Assembly (NCBI GenBank): GCA_002841455.1
Contig: PGZT01000001.1
Location: 81,919 to 137,921 of the forward strand
From: Firmicutes bacterium HGW-Firmicutes-21
GTDB lineage: Bacteria > Bacillota > Clostridia > Oscillospirales > CAG-382
Direction: 5' to 3'
Length of the DNA stretch: 56,003 nt
Shown here: positions 49,133 to 56,003 of the stretch, piece by piece
Layout of the letters: each line of letters starts with the position of its first letter
Numbering within the stretch: position 1 is the stretch's first letter
Program-made: the position numbers and the translations under genes
Notes under the pieces: model-generated
Told to the model about the DNA's origin: nothing
Seen by the model: the letters and a program-made list of their open reading frames with translations, nothing else
Database searches by the model: none

Positions 49133-50611
49133 TTATTCTAAAACAGTAAATCCATATTCAAGGCGGTGATACGGTAAAACAAATGTATCGTACACCTTGA
49201 CAATTTGTTTGTCCGTGTTCTGCATTACCAAATCGCTGATAGAGCCGGAGAAATAGTTGTTTAACACCCAAACCCTGCCCTCGTTTGCATACACCTCCGA
49301 TAGCTCCCGCACTGTTTTCATCTGTGGGCTATATGCTTTATACGCAAGCTCAAGGTTCCAACCCTCACGATTATAAAAATATGTTTTCGTTTCGGGGAAT
49401 TTAACAGCAATTACCGATATAAGACCGATATTGTCACTTACTATAATGTCCCCATCCTTGATGTTTTCGCTTATAAAAACATCGAGTTGGTCATTCTCTT
49501 TCGAATAAACTAACTCCCGCAGCGGAATTATCCGCAGAATAAGAACAGTAGCTAAAAGAAGAATGATAAACGGTTTTATGTAATTTTTAACCTTATCAAA
49601 CGCAAATGCGAGGAAGAAAACCATCAGCCCCGAAAGCACCGTAAGGTAGCGTACATAAAATAAAGGGCGGATAAGAGAAACCCCAAAATAAAAACCGATA
49701 ACAAGCCCCAGTACCTTAAGGACAAGAATTGCCGGCTCCGCTTTAACTTTGTTCTGCCGATAATATAGTACAAAATAATAGATACAAATACCCCAGAACA
49801 AAACAGAAATACCGTCATATATTTTTGCCGTTACTTCGGTAAGGTTTATCATATCCTCAGGCACATCACCTACCAAAAAGAAAGAGAGTGTTTTGTAAAT
49901 AACATCAGGGTATACAATTGTAATCCAAAATGACCCGACAACTCTGAGAGATTGTGTTATCAAGCAATAAAAGCCGAAAACATACGATACACATTGAATT
50001 ACAGCCATTCTTTTCCATATGGGTAATAAATCGTTCCTTCTACAGTAAACAAGCAATAAAAAGTTTATCGCTCCTGTGGCTACAAGGGCATAATAATGAG
50101 TATAAGCACCTAATATACCAAAAACCAAAAACAATATTCTGCTTTTTTTGTCTGTTAAGCCCGATTTATAATAGCGATATGCGTAAATTGCCGTTAGCAT
50201 AACGAGATATGGAGCGAGGGTATACATTCTAATCTCAATTGCATATCTGTAGGTAAAAGCAAATAAAAACATTAGCGTCGTGTACCAAAGTCCGATTCTG
50301 TCACCGAAGTCCTTACGAAGGTGCGTAAATCCGATTCCCGCAAGCAAAGAGGCGAACAAAACCGAGAATAAGCGGAGCGATAAAAGACTTTTTCCGAATA
50401 CAAGGGTAAAGATTTTTAGCAGTAAATAATAAAACGGAGGATGCACATCACCTGAGCTGAAAACACTTATATCAAATAAATTATGATTAATTATTCCGAC
50501 AGTATAGCTCTCGTCGAACCATAAGCAGGTTGCAAACGCACCCGTTATCAAAAAAACGGTTCCTGCAATCCATACCGCTATATGCAGGATGGGAAAAAGA
50601 CATTTTTTCAT
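49133..50611 (-). CDS. GT-C fold membrane glycosyltransferase (GT39/PMT-like)
   Basis: LWFDESYT after TM1, DVHPPFYY, LRLFS, EIRMY, YTHYY, and many TM helices. Confidence 0.85.
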   Translation of the reverse strand: MKKCLFPILHIAVWIAGTVFLITGAFATCLWFDESYTVGIINHNLFDISVFSSGDVHPPFYYLLLKIFTLVFGKSLLSLRLFSVLFASLLAGIGFTHLRKDFGDRIGLWYTTLMFLFAFTYRYAIEIRMYTLAPYLVMLTAIYAYRYYKSGLTDKKSRILFLVFGILGAYTHYYALVATGAINFLLLVYCRRNDLLPIWKRMAVIQCVSYVFGFYCLITQSLRVVGSFWITIVYPDVIYKTLSFFLVGDVPEDMINLTEVTAKIYDGISVLFWGICIYYFVLYYRQNKVKAEPAILVLKVLGLVIGFYFGVSLIRPLFYVRYLTVLSGLMVFFLAFAFDKVKNYIKPFIILLLATVLILRIIPLRELVYSKENDQLDVFISENIKDGDIIVSDNIGLISVIAVKFPETKTYFYNREGWNLELAYKAYSPQMKTVRELSEVYANEGRVWVLNNYFSGSISDLVMQNTDKQIVKVYDTFVLPYHRLEYGFTVLE

Positions 50612-50723
50612 TTAGAACCCTTTCGGCAACCAAATTAACAATATCTACATTCAGTATAACATTGAAAATTATATTTAAATATTCCTGTCAATTTACGACG
50701 AAAAAAAGCACATTTATATAACT

Positions 50724-52010
50724 CTAATTCCCGTTTGGGGTAATATCGGGAATATCGACTTTTTTTATGTCTGCGCCGACGGCACGCAGCTTCTCGATAA
50801 GGTCAACATACCCTCTCTCGATATGGTATATATCGTCTATCCAGGTAACTCCCTTTGTTGCCAATCCGGCTATAACCATAGCCGCTCCGCCCCTAAGGTC
50901 CACTGCTCTTATATTGGCGCAGTGCAGCTCGGGCTTGCCCTCTATCGTTGCGGTTCTGCCCTGAACGGTTATATTTGCACCCATTCTGATAAGCTCGTCG
51001 GTATATTTGAAGCGGTTGTCAAAAACGCCCTCCGTAAGCGTGCTTTGTCCCTCCGCAAGGCATAACAAAACACAAATCTGCGGCTGCATATCGGTTGGAA
51101 ACCCCGGATAGAAAATTGTCTTAACCCTTATTCTTTTAAGCGGGGTTCCGTTCCGTGATACAATAACGGCATCATCAAGTTCGGTTACGGTAACGCCCAT
51201 CTCTAAAAGCTTTGCGGTTATGGATTCAAGGTGCTTTGGGATAACATTGGTTATGGTCAGAGTGCTGTTAGTTGCGGCGGCGGCTATCATAAATGTCCCC
51301 GCCTCTATCATATCGGGGATAATGGCATAGCTCACGCCATGCAGGGTTTTTACTCCCCTTATTTTAATTACCTCGGTTCCCGCACCGGATATATCCGCTC
51401 CGCAGCTGTTTAAAAAGTTGGCAAGGTCGACGACATGCGGCTCTCTTGCGGCATTATCTATAATGGTAAGCCCTTCAAGCTTTGTTGCGGCGAGCATAAT
51501 ATTGATTGTTGCGCCCACCGACGCCACATCGAGATATACCGAAGCCGCCTTGAGTCCGTTCTCGGAGCTGCATTTAATGGAGTCCTCATTTTCAATAACC
51601 GTTGCGCCCAAAGCCTCAAAACCCTTGATATGCTGATCCATAGGTCTTGAACCGAAATCGCAGCCTCCGGGAAACGCCGCCTCGGACCATCCGAATCTGC
51701 CAAGCTCCGCTCCCAGAACATAATAGGAGCCTCTCATTGTATGTGCAAGCTCATCCGGCATAGAGCCGCAATTGATAACCTTTGTATCAACTTCTATCGA
51801 ACCGTTTGAGAGTTCCCGTATTTTAGCTCCCATTGCGGTAAGTATATTTAATGTTGTTTTAATATCGCTGATTTTGGGTAAATTCTCTATTATACACTTA
51901 TCTTCAACAAGTATGGTGGAAAATAAAATAGGCAGCGCAGCATTCTTCATACCTCCCACCTCAATGCTTCCGAGCAGCGGCTTTCCGCCGTTGATGTAGA
52001 TTTTCTTCAT
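50724..52010 (-). CDS. murA: UDP-N-acetylglucosamine 1-carboxyvinyltransferase
   Basis: KNAALP, PGGCDFGSRPMDQH (active-site Cys retained), SVGATIN, AAREPHV, PDMIEAGT, YPGFPTDMQ, DLRGGA, IERGY. Confidence 0.98.
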   Translation of the reverse strand: MKKIYINGGKPLLGSIEVGGMKNAALPILFSTILVEDKCIIENLPKISDIKTTLNILTAMGAKIRELSNGSIEVDTKVINCGSMPDELAHTMRGSYYVLGAELGRFGWSEAAFPGGCDFGSRPMDQHIKGFEALGATVIENEDSIKCSSENGLKAASVYLDVASVGATINIMLAATKLEGLTIIDNAAREPHVVDLANFLNSCGADISGAGTEVIKIRGVKTLHGVSYAIIPDMIEAGTFMIAAAATNSTLTITNVIPKHLESITAKLLEMGVTVTELDDAVIVSRNGTPLKRIRVKTIFYPGFPTDMQPQICVLLCLAEGQSTLTEGVFDNRFKYTDELIRMGANITVQGRTATIEGKPELHCANIRAVDLRGGAAMVIAGLATKGVTWIDDIYHIERGYVDLIEKLRAVGADIKKVDIPDITPNGN

Positions 52011-52269
52011 TTTATAATAACCTCCATGCCCCACCGGGCATAAGTAATAATAAGCAATTCGTTGAGGTACGCAACGACATACCTCTGTTTTTTTTATATA
52101 TCACGCCGAAACCATTCGGCTGTATTGTGTATTCACGCTATCGTGCATTAGTATGTACGCACATATTACATAATACCATTTTTTTGTAAAAAGTCAAGCA
52201 AGATTTCTTTATAAAAGACCTCCGAAAGCATATAATAACAACATTACATTATATGTTCATTTTTAACTA

Positions 52270-52298
52270 TTGACAAAAGTACATAATAACGGCATAAT
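52270..52298 (+). promoter_or_regulatory. sigma-A promoter of rnj
   Basis: TTGACA-N17-CATAAT. Confidence 0.7.
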
Positions 52299-52325
52299 AT
52301 AATTAAGAAAAGAAAGGAAATATTT

Positions 52326-53993
52326 ATGACAAAAAACTCAAAAGTAAAAATTATTCCGCTCGGAGGCGTTGACGGAATAGGCATGAACATCACCGTCTTC
52401 GAATACGAGAACGATATAATAGTCGTTGACTGCGGCATCTCCTTCCCCGAGAACGATATGCTGGGAGTCGACCTTGTTATTCCGGATACGACCTATCTTC
52501 AGAAGAACGCCGACAAGGTTCGTGCGGTTATACTGACACACGGACATGAGGACCACATAGGTGCGGTACCCTATTTTTTAAAGCAATTAAATACCAAAAT
52601 ATACGGTACAAGGCTTACATTAGGGATTCTGGAGAGCAAGCTGACCGAGCACGGTCTGACCAAAACGGCAACCTTGGTTGAGGTTAAGGCGGGTGACAAG
52701 TCCACCATCGGACAATTCTCGATAGAATACATCAATGTAAATCATTCCATGCCGGATGCCGTGGCGTTGTGTATAACGACCCCGGTCGGAAAAATATTAT
52801 ATACCGGTGATTTTAAAATAGATTTCACCCCCATTGGCGACAAGCCCATCGACCTTGGCAGAATAGCCGATTTGGGCAATAAAGGAATTAAGCTGTTAAT
52901 GTGCGATTCCACAAACTCCGAGCGTCCCGGATACACCCCGAGCGAGAGAACAATTGCAGCCTCCTTTGACAGAATATTCTATAATCTCGAAAAGCGTGTC
53001 GTTATTGCGACATTTTCCTCCAATGTTCACAGAGTTCAGCAAATTATTAACGCTTCGATAAAATATAACCGCAAGGTCGCCATAACCGGCAGAAGCATGC
53101 TGAATGTTGTCAAAGCGGCAAACAGGCTTGGGTATATAGACATCCCCGAGGGGCTTATTATCGATGTATCCGATATGAAAAGGTACAGTCCTAACCAGAT
53201 AACATTGGTAACCACGGGCAGTCAGGGCGAGCCTATGAGCGGTCTTTACAGAATGGCGTTCGGAGAGCATCCGACAATCAGCCTCGGTGCAAGCGATTTG
53301 GTTATACTGTCCGCTTCCGCAATTCCGGGCAACGAAAAGCTGATAACAAAAATCATAAACGAGCTTTGCAAAAGAGGCGTTGAGGTTATGAACGACAGCA
53401 ATGAGGTTCATGTAACCGGTCACGCCTGCCGTGAGGAGCTTAAAATAATGCACTCACTGGTCAAAGCGGAGTTTTTTATACCGATACACGGCGAATACAA
53501 GCATCTTACAAGGCACGCCCTGCTCGCAAAGGAGCTGGGTATGGAGGGCAGAAATATATTCCTGCCGGAAGCCGGCAAGGTTTTTGAGCTGTCAAAGCGC
53601 GGGATAAGGATAAACGGGAGCGTTGAGGCGGGTCAGATTATGGTTGACGGCTACGGTGTTGGAGATGTCGGCAGCGTTGTTCTGCGGGACAGAAAGCATC
53701 TGTCCGAGGATGGAATTATCATTGTTGTGGCAAGCATCGATACCGAGAACAAGGAGCTTCTGAGCAAACCCGAGATAGTTTCAAGGGGATTTGTATATGT
53801 CAAGGAGAGCGAGGCTCTTCTGGACGAGCTTGAGAACACGGCGGCGAACATTATCGGTAAATATCTTAATAAGGGCGTAACAGATATAGGAACTCTCAAA
53901 AACAAAATGAGGGACGAACTGTCGGCGGTCATATATTCCAAAATAAAACGCAAGCCCATGATTCTTCCGATATTCTCCCGTATCGTTTTGTAA
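52326..53993 (+). CDS. rnj: Ribonuclease J
   Basis: PLGG..IGMN, THGHEDHIG, TGDFK, DSTN, TGSQGEP, HVTGHA, PIHGE. Confidence 0.97.
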   Translation: MTKNSKVKIIPLGGVDGIGMNITVFEYENDIIVVDCGISFPENDMLGVDLVIPDTTYLQKNADKVRAVILTHGHEDHIGAVPYFLKQLNTKIYGTRLTLGILESKLTEHGLTKTATLVEVKAGDKSTIGQFSIEYINVNHSMPDAVALCITTPVGKILYTGDFKIDFTPIGDKPIDLGRIADLGNKGIKLLMCDSTNSERPGYTPSERTIAASFDRIFYNLEKRVVIATFSSNVHRVQQIINASIKYNRKVAITGRSMLNVVKAANRLGYIDIPEGLIIDVSDMKRYSPNQITLVTTGSQGEPMSGLYRMAFGEHPTISLGASDLVILSASAIPGNEKLITKIINELCKRGVEVMNDSNEVHVTGHACREELKIMHSLVKAEFFIPIHGEYKHLTRHALLAKELGMEGRNIFLPEAGKVFELSKRGIRINGSVEAGQIMVDGYGVGDVGSVVLRDRKHLSEDGIIIVVASIDTENKELLSKPEIVSRGFVYVKESEALLDELENTAANIIGKYLNKGVTDIGTLKNKMRDELSAVIYSKIKRKPMILPIFSRIVL

Positions 53994-54697
53994 TGAAGAC
54001 CGTGCTTGTAACCGGAGGCTCACGAGGCATCGGCAAGGCGATCTGCGAGTCGTTTTCCGCCGCAGGCTATTTTGTCGTCATAAATTATAATAAAAGCGAG
54101 AAAGAGGCGGTGGCGCTCTGCAAGTCCCTAAAGAACGCCGTCGCCTATAAAGCCGATGTGTCAAAAAAGGACGAGGTCGCCGCCATGCTGACAGCGTTTC
54201 CGGATATTGATGTGCTGGTCAATAACGCAGGAGTGTCGCTCTTCGGAGTTTTCCACGGAGCGAACGACGAGGATATAAGACGGCTCTACGAGGTTAATCT
54301 GTTTGGTACGCTGAACATTTCGAGAGCGGTATTGCCCTCAATGATAAGGAAAAAAAGCGGCGTAATAATAAACATTTCGTCTGTTTGGGGCGAGTGCGGA
54401 GCTTCCTGCGAGGTTGATTACTCCGCATCTAAAGCGGCGATAATCGGCTTCACCAGAGCTCTTGCCAAGGAAGCGGGACCTAGCGGAATAAGAGTAAACT
54501 GCGTTTGCCCGGGGGTAATAAACACCGATATGAACGCACGGCTGTCCATTGAAGAGACCGAGTCGCTGGTGGAAAATATCCCTTTGGAACGCTTGGGAAC
54601 TCCGCAGGATGTCGCAAACTCCGTATTGTTTTTGGCGGGTGACAGAGCTGAATATATTACCGGAGCGGTGCTTTCGGTTAACGGCGGTTTTTATTAA
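53993..54697 (+). CDS. Short-chain dehydrogenase, YmfI/EfpI-like (EF-P 5-aminopentanone reductase) / FabG-like
   Basis: TGGSRGIG, NNAG, ISSVWGECGASCEVDYSASK (YmfI-type signature); TAATG coupling to rnj. Confidence 0.75.
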   Translation: MKTVLVTGGSRGIGKAICESFSAAGYFVVINYNKSEKEAVALCKSLKNAVAYKADVSKKDEVAAMLTAFPDIDVLVNNAGVSLFGVFHGANDEDIRRLYEVNLFGTLNISRAVLPSMIRKKSGVIINISSVWGECGASCEVDYSASKAAIIGFTRALAKEAGPSGIRVNCVCPGVINTDMNARLSIEETESLVENIPLERLGTPQDVANSVLFLAGDRAEYITGAVLSVNGGFY

Positions 54698-54757
54698 CCG
54701 TTCTGTTCCGAGAGCTTTTTTCTGTAATTTTTTGTGTAAAGCTGGAGAGATGTTTTT

Positions 54758-55759
54758 ATGCCAAGATCAAAAAACCAAAAGCTTAAGATTCTATACATAT
54801 TGGAAGCCCTAAAAAAGACCGACGAGAACAACATAATCACCGTCAACGCTCTTATCGAGCTGCTCGCATCCAACGGTATCATCGCAGAGAGAAAAAGTGT
54901 TTATGCCGACCTTGAAGCGCTTGAGCTGTTCGGATACGATATAATCCGCACCAAGGGTAAAAACTGCGGTGTGTTTTTAGGTCAGCGGGAGTTTGAGCTG
55001 CCCGAGCTGAAGCTGCTTGTGGATGCAGTGCAGTCAAGCAAATTTATTACAGAGCAAAAGAGCGCAAGGCTGATCGAAAAGCTTGCCGCTCTTGCGGGAG
55101 GCGGTAATCAAACCGCAATTTTAAAGCGTCAGGTGGTTATTCACGGCAGAATAAAAACACAAAACGAGAGTATTTTTAACAGCATAGACCGTATACATAC
55201 AGCAATCTCAGAGAATAGGATGATTAGCTTCTCCTACTACACCTATAAAGTCGAGAACGGTAAAATAAAAAAAATACCCCGTCAAGACGGCAAAAAGTAC
55301 ATTGTAAGCCCTTGGTCGCTGACCTGGGACGACGAGTTTTATTATCTGCTCGCACACGACGAAAAAGCTAATATGATAAAGCATTTTCGGGTTGACAAAA
55401 TGGCAGACATCTGTCCTACCCGCCGAGAACGCAGGGGGAAGCTCCTGTTTGGTGTTTCGGGTATATCCGGCTACACCAAAAGCACCTTTTCAATGTTCGG
55501 AGGAGAGGATGAGAGCGTCCGTATCTCCTGCGATAATGATCTGATAAGCGTTATAATCGACAGATACGGGAGCGATATTACCATACTTAAGGAGAGCGAC
55601 GACCGTTTTGTGGTTACCGCAAAAGTAAAGGTGAGCCCGCAGTTTCTGGCATGGGTGTTCTCGTTCGGAAAAGGCATGGAAATTGTTTATCCCGATAATG
55701 TAGTTATGAGGATGAAACAGCTGCTGGAGGAGTCAAGCAAGCTATATTCTGACAAATAA
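54758..55759 (+). CDS. WYL-domain transcriptional regulator (wHTH-WYL-WCX)
   Basis: N-terminal HTH (ERKSVYADL), ELKLLVDAVQSSKFIT, VSPWSL.W...FYYLLA...HFRVDKM, W.FSFG...EIV.P. Confidence 0.9.
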   Translation: MPRSKNQKLKILYILEALKKTDENNIITVNALIELLASNGIIAERKSVYADLEALELFGYDIIRTKGKNCGVFLGQREFELPELKLLVDAVQSSKFITEQKSARLIEKLAALAGGGNQTAILKRQVVIHGRIKTQNESIFNSIDRIHTAISENRMISFSYYTYKVENGKIKKIPRQDGKKYIVSPWSLTWDDEFYYLLAHDEKANMIKHFRVDKMADICPTRRERRGKLLFGVSGISGYTKSTFSMFGGEDESVRISCDNDLISVIIDRYGSDITILKESDDRFVVTAKVKVSPQFLAWVFSFGKGMEIVYPDNVVMRMKQLLEESSKLYSDK

Positions 55760-56003
55760 AACGACTTGGATAATAATACCGACTCTTTTCGTCATTATAC
55801 TGTTTAATTATACAAATAAAGATAGTCAAAAAAAGTGATTTTTGCCCGAAAAGCTCATTTTTTGTAGTATTTTTACAAATAACAACGCTTATTTTCGTGC
55901 AAACAGCATATAATACCTCCGACAAAAGGCTCTATGTCAATAGTTGGGGTAAAGAAAACCTAAAATAAATCTACATGATCCGGAGTGGTGTTAAACTGCT
56001 CCG

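Overview
This is a gene-dense chromosomal window from a spore-forming, anaerobic Clostridia-class bacterium (Oscillospiraceae/Acetivibrio-like by gene content; this is inference). Most genes are on the + strand. I found no rRNA, tRNA, CRISPR array, IS element or prophage. Housekeeping genes include an archaeal/eukaryal-type proS, pgk-tpiA, ackA, tmcAL, guaA-pyrG-nadE, murA, rnj and a ymfI-like SDR. The window also has an Opp-type ABC operon, several large cell-surface lipoproteins and two tandem parS sites. The centrepiece is a ~15 kb nitrogen-assimilation locus: asnA plus GS type III, divergent from a split archaeal-type glutamate synthase operon, followed by a GS type I-like gene and an ANTAR antiterminator. 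The ANTAR protein has a non-phosphorylatable pseudo-receiver domain and no kinase nearby. The adjacent GS-like protein lacks the catalytic flap Glu and the C-terminal helix. Both divergent operons have near-perfect sigma-A promoters followed by one AAAGG(C/U)-loop hairpin embedded in a terminator. Together these suggest a kinase-independent switch in which a pseudo-GS sensor controls an ANTAR antiterminator (inference). Other candidate novelties are an ECF sigma factor whose anti-sigma carries an IseA-like (DL-endopeptidase inhibitor) domain, an RNase II/R homologue that looks catalytically dead, and two unexplained structured RNA segments.
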